Counted from the first letter of the stretch, positions 1 to 6,852 are shown. The stretch: 30,113 nt of DNA from a virus (IMGVR_UViG_3300014885_000009:1-30113); one strand, 5' to 3'. The notes: a model not told the origin generated them from the sequence alone. Numbers and translations: made by a program.

Positions 1-1277
1 CGGACCCGCCGTATGGACTCGAATTCATGGGGAAGGAATGGGACCGCCTTGACGTTAGGCAACCGGGCGATGACACGTTTCACCAATCAGGCGCTGGCCC
101 ATTCGACCGGGCGAAGGTACGGCACTCAAGCGCAGCGAGCTACGGCGGTGGCGTTGGCGTGGCGATTCAGAAATGGCATCACGCTTGGGCGCTAGAAGCC
201 CTGCGCGTTCTCAAGCCGGGAGGTCACTTACTAGCCTTTGGTGGGTCACGAACCTATCACCGTCTCGCGTGCGCAATCGAGGACGCTGGCTTCGAGGTCC
301 GCGACTGCATCATGTGGATTTACGGCAGCGGCTTCCCGAAGTCGATGGACGTGAGCAAGGCGATTGACAAGGCGGCTGGTGCGGAGCGGGAACGCATACG
401 GGGCGTTAGATCTGGCGTCGTAGCATCTACCTACGCGCAAGACGCTTGGTCAAAAGAGTTCAAAGACTCGGTTCTATCGGCTGAGCCAATAACCGATGAC
501 GCTCGCCAATGGTCAGGCTGGGGCACGGCCCTCAAGCCGTCACATGAACCAATCATCGTCGCCCGCAAGCCGCTGAATGGGACCGTGGCCGCGAATGTTC
601 TGCGGCATGGGACAGGGGCAATAAACATCGACGGATGCAGGGTGGTTCCGACTGGCGAGGTACTTGGCGGTTCTCATGTCTCGACAAAAACGGAAGGCTG
701 GGATCGTCCATGGAAACATGATGTAGAGCATATTGCAAGGAGACAGGCCGAATGGGATGAGGCCGATCGCAAGGCAACGCAACTTGGCCGCTGGCCCGCG
801 AACGTCATTCACGACGGCAGCGATGAAGTCACGGCGGGATTTCCAGAATCGGATGGCCAGCAAGGCTACGTGGGGCCAGAGCAAGGACTGAGGCCCAGCG
901 TCAACGGCATCTACGGCGACTTTGGCGCACGTCCACCGTCGCCCCCTCGAGCGGACTCCGGCAGTGCGGCTCGATTTTTCTACTGCGCGAAGGCTGACGG
1001 AAGCGAGAGACGCGACAGCAAGCACCCCACGGTTAAACCGCTGACGCTCATGGAATACCTAGTGAGACTTGTGACTCCGCCATCGGGGATCGTGCTGGAT
1101 TTGTTCATGGGTAGTGGCACGACGATTGAAGCCGCATATCGCCAGAACTTTCGAGCCATCGGCATCGAGCGAGAGTCCGGCTACTTCCCAGATTGCATAG
1201 CCCGCATAGAGGACAACCGTGCCCCGCTATTCGAGCCACCCCCACCCATCCAGCGGCAGCTAATAGAAACAACTTAA
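1..1277 (+). CDS. Site-specific DNA methyltransferase (N4-C/N6-A, beta class), 5'-truncated by the window edge
   Basis: The frame is open from nt 3, reading DPPYGLEFMGKEWD (motif IV DPPY). It also has HPTVKP and a C-terminal DLFMGSGTT (motif I, FxGxG). Catalytic-before-SAM-binding order defines the beta class. Confidence 0.95.
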   Translation, partial: DPPYGLEFMGKEWDRLDVRQPGDDTFHQSGAGPFDRAKVRHSSAASYGGGVGVAIQKWHHAWALEALRVLKPGGHLLAFGGSRTYHRLACAIEDAGFEVRDCIMWIYGSGFPKSMDVSKAIDKAAGAERERIRGVRSGVVASTYAQDAWSKEFKDSVLSAEPITDDARQWSGWGTALKPSHEPIIVARKPLNGTVAANVLRHGTGAINIDGCRVVPTGEVLGGSHVSTKTEGWDRPWKHDVEHIARRQAEWDEADRKATQLGRWPANVIHDGSDEVTAGFPESDGQQGYVGPEQGLRPSVNGIYGDFGARPPSPPRADSGSAARFFYCAKADGSERRDSKHPTVKPLTLMEYLVRLVTPPSGIVLDLFMGSGTTIEAAYRQNFRAIGIERESGYFPDCIARIEDNRAPLFEPPPPIQRQLIETT

Positions 1278-1413
1278 CTGCTACAACTTAATGAAAATAA
1301 ATTGCCACGGCGACACGCTGGATTTGAGCGTGCATACTTCCAAATGAGGGACACCAGGAGCGCGGCGTGCGCGGTTAAAAGGATGGCGCTTACCATTTCT
1401 GGGGACGCCTCCC

Positions 1414-2295
1414 ATGTCAGACAATTTGAGGCACTGGATTTTCGAGAGGTACTTGCCGCAGAATCTAAAAGTCAGAAACGAAGCGACCCGCACCAACTAC
1501 CGCCACGCCGTCAACGACTTGGCGGAGCTGCTGGGGCGCGAACCGCTGCTATCCGATCTGACCGACGAGACCTTGACCTCGCTGATTCTGCATCTACTGG
1601 GTCCGCGTAAGCTGGCAGAGACGACGGCCAACGAGCGCGCCGGGCGAATCAAAGCCTTCTGGACGTGGGCGGCGAAGAAACGCCACGTCGATCAATGGCC
1701 CACGTTCTCATTCGTGGCTGAGCCCGAGAAGATTCCGCGGGCGTGGCGCGAAGCGGAGATGGTCAAGCTGTTCAACGCCTGCCGATCAGCGCGCGGCGAG
1801 ATTGACGGCATTCCGGCCTGGCGGTGGTGGTTCACGCTGCACGGTTGGCTGTGGTGTACGTCGGAGAGGATCGGCGCGACTCTGGCCCTGCGCGTTGAGC
1901 ATCTATCGCTCGATGAGGGCGTAGCCGTTGTGCCGGCCAGCATACGCAAGGGGAAGCGTAAGGCAGCGATCTATTCGCTCTGGCCGGACCTCGTGGAAAT
2001 GGTTCGGATGATTCTGCCTCCGCACGCGCCCGCCCGCGACTTGGTTTGGCCCTGGCCGCTGGACCCGACCTCGTTCTATAACCACTACTCTCGCTTGCTA
2101 ATGCGTGCTGGGCTGCCTCACGATCGAACGTGCAAGCCGCACCGGATGAGGGTTAGCCATGCAAGCTGGAAGCATTACGCTGGCTTGGACGCTACGGCGG
2201 CGCTGGGACATTCGAGCGAGGAGACCACGAGGCGGAGCTACCTGGACCCGACGATTTGCAAGCCCGATGAGAAGCAGCTATTCCGTCCGTGGTGA
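1414..2295 (+). CDS. Tyrosine recombinase / phage integrase
   Basis: The catalytic residues are present in order: R (TSERIG), K-rich loop (RKGKRK), HxxR (PHRMR), LGH, and Y (RRSYL). The N-terminus looks like a core-binding region (TRTNYRHAV). Confidence 0.9.
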   Translation: MSDNLRHWIFERYLPQNLKVRNEATRTNYRHAVNDLAELLGREPLLSDLTDETLTSLILHLLGPRKLAETTANERAGRIKAFWTWAAKKRHVDQWPTFSFVAEPEKIPRAWREAEMVKLFNACRSARGEIDGIPAWRWWFTLHGWLWCTSERIGATLALRVEHLSLDEGVAVVPASIRKGKRKAAIYSLWPDLVEMVRMILPPHAPARDLVWPWPLDPTSFYNHYSRLLMRAGLPHDRTCKPHRMRVSHASWKHYAGLDATAALGHSSEETTRRSYLDPTICKPDEKQLFRPW

Positions 2296-2358
2296 GATCC
2301 CCTGGCACTTCCCAGATGCAGGTTAGCCATTGGCAAGCGGATTCAATACAATCATTTC

Positions 2359-2637
2359 ATGGCAGCGCTCGACTCACTCCGCACCCACGGCTGGTCCTAC
2401 CACGCCGGCTACAGCCACCAGTTCAAGAAGTTCCACGCGCGGGCATGGAAGCCGCTGGACAAGCCCAAGACGGTCAAAGCTCTGGGCGGCGGTGATATTC
2501 AAATCTTCCAGTATGTCGTCGGTGCGCTGGCTGACGACATCGAAAGCGCTGCCCTGGAATGCTTTTACAAGGCAGTGAAGGAAGAGGGCAGCGGATACTA
2601 CTGGGAATATCTGCCGATCAAGAAGGTCGCTCACTAG
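2359..2637 (+). CDS. Hypothetical protein, 92 aa
   Basis: ATG-started ORF with protein-like composition just downstream of the integrase. Confidence 0.65.
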   Translation: MAALDSLRTHGWSYHAGYSHQFKKFHARAWKPLDKPKTVKALGGGDIQIFQYVVGALADDIESAALECFYKAVKEEGSGYYWEYLPIKKVAH

Positions 2638-2644
2638 GCCCAAC

Positions 2645-2675
2645 AAAAAAGCCCCCGCAGTTAGCGTGCGAGGGC
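2645..2675 (-). terminator. Rho-independent terminator (leftward transcripts)
   Basis: The minus strand reads GCCCU-CGCA-CGCUAAC-UGCG-GGGGC-UUUUUU, a 9-bp stem followed by a U-tract. Confidence 0.7.
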
Positions 2676-2783
2676 CAGAGTGTAGCTCAGCACCCCAAGC
2701 CTACCCCCGGCAACCGCCGCTGGCAAGGCGGACAACCACAACCAGTTGTCAGGCGCTAGACAACCGGGGGAGGGTGTCAGCAC

Positions 2784-2861
2784 AAAAACCGCCCCGCCGC
2801 CCGTTGCCTTGCGGCAGCCTGGTTAGTTAGGCCGGGCGCGGACGGCGGGGAGGGAGAAACG
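2784..2861 (-). ncRNA. Putative 3'-UTR small antisense RNA (three-way junction plus U-tract)
   Basis: Minus strand: single-stranded tail CGUUUCUCCCU; 12-bp stem CCCCGCCGUCCG/CGGGCGGCGGGG; hairpin GCCU-AACUAACC-AGGC; hairpin UGCC-GCAA-GGCA (GNRA tetraloop); then CGGUUUUU. The tail and loop are complementary to motifs in four upstream leaders. Confidence 0.6.
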
Positions 2862-3077
2862 CTAATCAGTGACGGTTGCCCGCCCTACTTTGTTTCCATT
2901 AATGTCGATCAGCGGCCAATCTTCGTCATCGACAATCAGGCCGCAGTTGCCAATCGTGTTTGCCAGCTTGTTCAGGATGCGCACCACCTCATCGACGCGC
3001 ACGTGATTGCACTCGTCGGGTTGGTCGTCGTCGTGGAATGCGGCATTGTCCATTTGGAGGGTTATGGTGAGTGTCAC
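2862..3077 (-). CDS. Hypothetical phage protein, 71 aa
   Basis: GTG start with a GGGAG RBS. The DNAAF...EVVRIL...DINGNKVG pattern resembles small phage early proteins I recall. Confidence 0.75.
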   Translation of the reverse strand: MTLTITLQMDNAAFHDDDQPDECNHVRVDEVVRILNKLANTIGNCGLIVDDEDWPLIDINGNKVGRATVTD

Positions 3078-3079
3078 GG

Positions 3080-3601
3080 CTAGTTGCTCCCTTCCGAAAA
3101 GTCGGGCGCGATGATCCCATAGCCGCCCATGTCGGAATGCAGCCGCAAATCGAGTCGCCGCATATCCTCATCATCGATCTTGAGCGCGTAGCCACGAGGA
3201 TCGCGGTTCAGCAAAACGCGGATAAGCGGCTTGGCCTGCCTGATCGTGCGGAAATCCACCACCATGCCAGTACCCTCGCACGATGGGCAGTTGTCGCGCT
3301 GCACGCCAGGACGGCACGAGCATTTAGCGCCAGTTTTCGGCTGATACTCGTGGCGGTTGCCCAGCAGCGCATTAACTTGCGACAGGATCGCGTCAGAAAC
3401 TTTATCCGCCTCATCGTAGCCGCCTGCAAACTCCGGCCCATTGCAGAGCCGCAGGCCCAGCGCTGCCCCTTTAGCCTCCAGCCGTCGCAGCCGCTTGCAT
3501 AGGCTCACTGGGTCGCGATCGGTGGCATTCGGGAAGATAGCCAGCAGTTGCCGGCCGTGCTTCTCAATCGCCTCATACATTCGTTCTTGTTTCGTGGTCA
3601 T
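3080..3601 (-). CDS. Hypothetical phage protein with a Cys-rich (CSC...CPSC) insert, 173 aa
   Basis: Start moved to ATG 3601, which has the RBS GGGAGAAAUGAA. The longer ORF runs through a structured intergenic RNA. Contains NRDPRGYALKI and DMGGYGIIAPDF. Confidence 0.75.
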   Translation of the reverse strand: MTTKQERMYEAIEKHGRQLLAIFPNATDRDPVSLCKRLRRLEAKGAALGLRLCNGPEFAGGYDEADKVSDAILSQVNALLGNRHEYQPKTGAKCSCRPGVQRDNCPSCEGTGMVVDFRTIRQAKPLIRVLLNRDPRGYALKIDDEDMRRLDLRLHSDMGGYGIIAPDFSEGSN

Positions 3602-3630
3602 TTCATTTCTCCCGTTAAAGGTTGCAAACA

Positions 3631-3650
3631 CCCCTGGAACTACCAGAGGG
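3631..3650 (-). promoter_or_regulatory. UAGUU-loop leader hairpin (copy 4)
   Basis: Minus strand CCC-U-CUGG-UAGUU-CCAG-GGG, about 30 nt upstream of ATG 3601. Confidence 0.6.
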
Positions 3651-3655
3651 ACAGC

Positions 3656-3700
3656 GCGCCGGCCACCGTCGAAAGTGGCACCCCGCCTATCGGGCGGCGC
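3656..3700 (-). ncRNA. tRNA-like three-way-junction element (not a tRNA gene)
   Basis: Minus strand GCGCCG / CCCG-AUAGG-CGGG / GU / GCCAC-UUUCGACG-GUGGC / CGGCGC. A 6-bp closing stem is directly adjacent to a 5-bp arm whose loop contains UUCGA. Confidence 0.4.
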
Positions 3701-3707
3701 TGGTGGG

Positions 3708-4253
3708 CTATTCGGCGGTAGCCGTCCTTTCAACTCGTGGCGTAACCTCGACGCTGTATTTATGGTTTCGCTTGCGTTTCTTCATGCGTCCCTCTAGAAA
3801 CGCCGTCTCTAGTTCGCGGCGCTGACGTGTGGCCTCAGCGCTGGCAATATCCTGAACAGCATCGCAAATGTAATGGCAGGCGTCCCATCGCTGTCCCTCG
3901 TCAGGAACGGCAGCGATTATCAGCGGCAGCGAAGTTTCGCACCGTTTTCGGTTGTCGTCGGTTACGATCCAGCCGACACCGCCGCCATGCCGCCAGCGAA
4001 TTGCGACATACGCGCCGCCAAGTTTACGTTCTTTAGTGAAAATGTCGTAGCGGTGGCTCGATCCGGTCCATTTTGTGTTACTGTTCGGAAAACCCCAACA
4101 GGGCCGTCCCTCGCCAAAGCAGCACCGCGCAACGTGCGTCCACTCTGCTGTGGTGACTTCGGTTTTTCCATAGACGCCAATCTGGCCGCCGTGGTTTTCG
4201 ACGTAGGCCGGTTCGCGTTCTTGCATGATCGGTAGTTGCGGTTCTTCTCGCAT
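3708..4253 (-). CDS. Hypothetical protein, 181 aa
   Basis: ATG with a GAGGAG RBS overlapping the end of the upstream gene. Confidence 0.75.
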   Translation of the reverse strand: MREEPQLPIMQEREPAYVENHGGQIGVYGKTEVTTAEWTHVARCCFGEGRPCWGFPNSNTKWTGSSHRYDIFTKERKLGGAYVAIRWRHGGGVGWIVTDDNRKRCETSLPLIIAAVPDEGQRWDACHYICDAVQDIASAEATRQRRELETAFLEGRMKKRKRNHKYSVEVTPRVERTATAE

Positions 4254-4259
4254 TGGTAT

Positions 4260-4475
4260 TTACTCCTCGCAAGCCCGCTCAGCGGCCTGCCTGGTTTTGT
4301 GACGACTCTTAATGTACTCACCAGCTCCCAGCTTGCGCACGGCAAGCCAGTAATGCCCCAACGAGGGGCTTTTGACTTCGACAACCGCCCAGTCACCGCA
4401 AGCGCTTTCATAGCGGCGCGTGGTGGCTAGTTCGGTACGTTTGACTTTGGCACGGCGCGGGAAGGTGGCAATCAT
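4260..4475 (-). CDS. Hypothetical protein, 71 aa
   Basis: ATGA overlap with the upstream gene and a GGAGG RBS. Confidence 0.7.
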   Translation of the reverse strand: MIATFPRRAKVKRTELATTRRYESACGDWAVVEVKSPSLGHYWLAVRKLGAGEYIKSRHKTRQAAERACEE

Positions 4476-4714
4476 TGCTGCACCTCCTCAATTGGCTGTG
4501 CAGTCCAGTAGGACGGCGCGAGTACCATTAGCCCTTCGTCAAAGCGTTCGACGGTGTAGCCTTCAGGGTCGGCGATATTCCAGCCGACTGAAATCAGGTC
4601 GTTTACGTTCTGATGGCTGGCACGCCCGGCATAATAGGCCGGAATGGCAACCAGCGAGCCGACGATAATTGCCGTAACGATCACGGCGCATTTCAGGTCG
4701 CGCGTTGTGGTCAT
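4472..4714 (-). CDS. Small membrane-anchored hypothetical protein, 80 aa
   Basis: N-terminal hydrophobic helix (AVIVTAIIVGSLVAIPAYY) and ATGA overlaps at both ends. Confidence 0.7.
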   Translation of the reverse strand: MTTTRDLKCAVIVTAIIVGSLVAIPAYYAGRASHQNVNDLISVGWNIADPEGYTVERFDEGLMVLAPSYWTAQPIEEVQQ

Positions 4715-5361
4715 TTGCCACCGCCTACCGCCAGCAATTCGCCAGCCTCAATCCGCCCCAGTATCTCCCGCATCGAATTCCTACAATCCTTTGCCAATCG
4801 CAGATAGCGTTCGGCAGGCTGACCGTCTAACCCCTCAGCCGCGGCAATCTCCCGCGCTCGCGCTGCAAATGCCTCAGCAAGCCCGCGATGCGCCATGGGT
4901 ATCTCTTCGCACCTGGACAACAGCGGGTGCGCGTCGAGCTGCTCATCGAACAATCCCGCCTTAGCTTCGGAAGTCGTGGTAAAAATGACCGTCAGCCACG
5001 GGGGTAGATTCTCAAGCAGCCCCAATAGCCGCGTGATCGTCGCCCCGCGCATGCTGTGTGCTTCGTTGATAATCCAGCAGACGCCACGGCCGAATGGTCG
5101 CATTTGCTTATCGTGGCCGATTTCCCGCAGAGTATCGGCGGTCACTTCAGACCCGTCAATTTCCGTCGTCCCGTGATCGTCCGCCACTTCTGCGGCAATT
5201 AGACGGGCGAGCGTAGTCTTTCCCGTGCCGGTCGGGCCAGCCATGAAATAGGCGCGCCCAGATAGACCGCGCTTTCGCAGCCGGTCTATGGTTTCGATTG
5301 CCTTTGCCTGCCCGACTACTTCGGACCATTGGCGCGGGCGGTATGCCTCACTTAGTCGCAT
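4711..5361 (-). CDS. Clamp-loader-clade AAA+ ATPase (DnaX/RFC-like, AAA+ module only)
   Basis: YRPRQWSEVVGQ (RFC box II), Walker A GPTGTGKTT, Walker B variant IINEAH, SRC arginine finger (LLSRC) and sensor-2-like NSMRE. Confidence 0.88.
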   Translation of the reverse strand: MRLSEAYRPRQWSEVVGQAKAIETIDRLRKRGLSGRAYFMAGPTGTGKTTLARLIAAEVADDHGTTEIDGSEVTADTLREIGHDKQMRPFGRGVCWIINEAHSMRGATITRLLGLLENLPPWLTVIFTTTSEAKAGLFDEQLDAHPLLSRCEEIPMAHRGLAEAFAARAREIAAAEGLDGQPAERYLRLAKDCRNSMREILGRIEAGELLAVGGGK

Positions 5362-5380
5362 TGTCGTTTCTCCTGTATTC

Positions 5381-5395
5381 GCGGTAACTAACCGC
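5381..5395 (-). promoter_or_regulatory. UAGUU-loop leader hairpin (copy 3)
   Basis: Minus strand GCGGU-UAGUU-ACCGC, about 20 nt upstream of ATG 5361. Confidence 0.65.
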
Positions 5396-5401
5396 TAGGT
5401 T

Positions 5402-5463
5402 TGCCCTGTCATCGTCAGTAGCGGGTGGGCATTCCGCTAGACCGGCGCGGGGCCGGTTTCGAC
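5402..5463 (-). ncRNA. Type II hammerhead ribozyme
   Basis: Minus strand GUC-GAAA-CCGGC(CCCGC)GCCGG-UC^-UAGCGG(AAUGCCCAC)CCGCUA-CUGACGA-U-GAC-A-GGGCA. The full core is present (CUGAnGA, GAAA, GUC triplet), with stems I-III and a loop-I UGCCC/3' GGGCA pseudoknot. Predicted cut between 5440 and 5439. Confidence 0.9.
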
Positions 5464-5781
5464 TTAGATCGGGTACATATCCCGCATATCGGCGCAGTGC
5501 CGGTAATGGTCGCCCGCGCCGACGTTGCCTTTGGCATACTCGGCATCCGCCAGCAGGTCGAATTGCTCGCGATTTTCAACGTGCTGCGAGCTAATCACGC
5601 GCTGCCTTGCGCCTTGCGTGATGGTCACCAGCACGCGCTGCCAGCATTCCGGCCGGTCGGGATGACGCGCCTTCAGATTGGCGAATATCTCCGGCAGCTT
5701 GTTGCTGCAATCGCGCTGGCATTCGGCCAACGTGTCGCCAGTCGCGAATGAGACATTTCCGTTGAGCCATGCGATAAACAT
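5464..5781 (-). CDS. Hypothetical protein, 105 aa
   Basis: ATG with an AGGGGAAAC RBS. The stop codon abuts the hammerhead. Confidence 0.75.
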   Translation of the reverse strand: MFIAWLNGNVSFATGDTLAECQRDCSNKLPEIFANLKARHPDRPECWQRVLVTITQGARQRVISSQHVENREQFDLLADAEYAKGNVGAGDHYRHCADMRDMYPI

Positions 5782-5795
5782 TGATCGTTTCCCCT

Positions 5796-5875
5796 ATGGT
5801 TGCTGGATTGTGACAGCGCTGGGAACTACCCAGCCCGCATTACCGCCCACGTGGGGCGTCGCTCTGCTAAGCCAA
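5796..5875 (-). ncRNA. Twister-like ribozyme (circularly permuted, P5-type), with UAGUU hairpin copy 2 as P3
   Basis: Minus strand A-GCA-GAGCG-A-CGCCC(CACGU)GGGCG-G-U^AA-UGC-GGG-CUGGG(UAGUU)CCCAG-C-GCUG(UCACAAUC)CAGC. P1, P2 (UGC/GCA), P3, P4 with an 8-nt loop, UAA and GAG are all placed as in twister. Deviations are an A.C mismatch in T1, a G.U pair in T2 and A.G at the end of P1. Confidence 0.55.
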
Positions 5876-6250
5876 TACTCTGCCGCGCGCCGATACCTTG
5901 AACCACCGGCCTGATTGCCATTCCAGCGGCAGTCGAGTCTTGGGCCGCGGGGCGTCGCGCTGCTCCGTCTGGATCGACTGAGTAGAGCCACCGTTGACTA
6001 GCGGCAGATAAGAACCACTGGCAAAGCGCTGATTGTCCTGTTTCGCGTAGTACTCGCCCGGTCTGCTCTGGGTGACAATCCAGCCGGATAGCTGCTCTGC
6101 TGTCTGCTCGTGATACTTAAGGAAGTCGAAGGTGCGGATTGTAGTCGGCCAATAGACTGCGGTGAGCATAGGCGCGTTGTAATCAGGAGACTCTGCGCGA
6201 ATGCAGAGCACACCGCCAACGTCTGCTAGTGAGTAGGTCGTATTTGTCAT
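5867..6250 (-). CDS. Hypothetical protein, 127 aa
   Basis: ATG with a GGAGA RBS, within the leftward operon. Confidence 0.75.
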   Translation of the reverse strand: MTNTTYSLADVGGVLCIRAESPDYNAPMLTAVYWPTTIRTFDFLKYHEQTAEQLSGWIVTQSRPGEYYAKQDNQRFASGSYLPLVNGGSTQSIQTEQRDAPRPKTRLPLEWQSGRWFKVSARGRVLA

Positions 6251-6295
6251 GGTTTAATTCTCCAATTTGGTGTTTGTGGGAAGGATGGCAGGGAT

Positions 6296-6805
6296 TTAGA
6301 CAATAGCCCAAATCTCTTTACACTCGCCATTCTCGCAAGCGTAGAGCGAGGCATTGCCATGATCGTTGACGTGGAGAACTTCGCCAGAATAATCCGCTGG
6401 GACTTCCGACAGATCATCCACGCGCAAACCGTCGAAGTCCTCTAGCGAATCGGACGACAGCCAAAAACCGTAATCGCTGCCATCCCCCTCATGCGCGCCG
6501 AAGTGAAAGTAGGGCAGCGCGAAAGTACCAAGTTCGTCAAACAAGTCCGATAGATCGGAGTCGCTGTCATCGTCAGCGCTGTAGTACCGATCATCGCCAG
6601 AATTCATGCGCTCTTCGATTTGGCCAAGCATCTTGTCCAGTCTGGCAAATTCCTTTGTCGCTTCTAGTTCGTTCGCAAAATGTTTCTGCCATTCCAGCGA
6701 GCGCTCTTCATTCAAGTCGCTCAAGAGATCAACGAAACACGGAATCAAGTCCTCATTCCGCATTGTGCCGTGAGATACACTTCCGATTAGTTTGTTCGCG
6801 TTCAT
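6296..6805 (-). CDS. Highly acidic hypothetical phage protein, 169 aa (first gene of the leftward operon)
   Basis: ATG with a GAGGGAG RBS. Contains SHGTMRNEDLI and FGAHEGDGSDYGFW. About 39 D/E versus about 11 K/R by hand count. Confidence 0.85.
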   Translation of the reverse strand: MNANKLIGSVSHGTMRNEDLIPCFVDLLSDLNEERSLEWQKHFANELEATKEFARLDKMLGQIEERMNSGDDRYYSADDDSDSDLSDLFDELGTFALPYFHFGAHEGDGSDYGFWLSSDSLEDFDGLRVDDLSEVPADYSGEVLHVNDHGNASLYACENGECKEIWAIV

Positions 6806-6831
6806 GCTGTTTCTCCCTCTTTGCGGTGTTT

Positions 6832-6850
6832 CCCAGGTAACTAGGCTGGG
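6832..6850 (-). promoter_or_regulatory. UAGUU-loop leader hairpin (copy 1)
   Basis: Minus strand CCCAG-CC-UAGUU-AC-CUGGG in the predicted 5' UTR of the operon. Confidence 0.5.
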
Positions 6851-6852
6851 CG

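Noticed and set aside
2676-2691. CAGAGTGTAGCTCAGC resembles the 5' end of a tRNA (acceptor strand, TA, D-stem) near the integrase, a possible attP core.
   Set aside because: It is only 16 nt, with no D-loop GG, anticodon arm or T arm following. It cannot be distinguished from chance without the host genome.
2869-3006. Plus-strand GTG ORF downstream of GGGAGAAAC at 2852-2860.
   Set aside because: It is about 45 codons and fully antisense to a convincing gene. The GCAA tetraloop, G.U pair and U-tract favour the minus-strand reading of the upstream element.
3602-3707. Possible HDV-like, pistol, hatchet or twister-sister ribozyme.
   Set aside because: I could not place the conserved cores or pseudoknots of any of these classes, so it is reported only as tRNA-like.
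3602-3733. N-terminal extension of ORF 3080..3733.
   Set aside because: It runs through structured intergenic RNA and overlaps the upstream gene. ATG 3601 has the good RBS.
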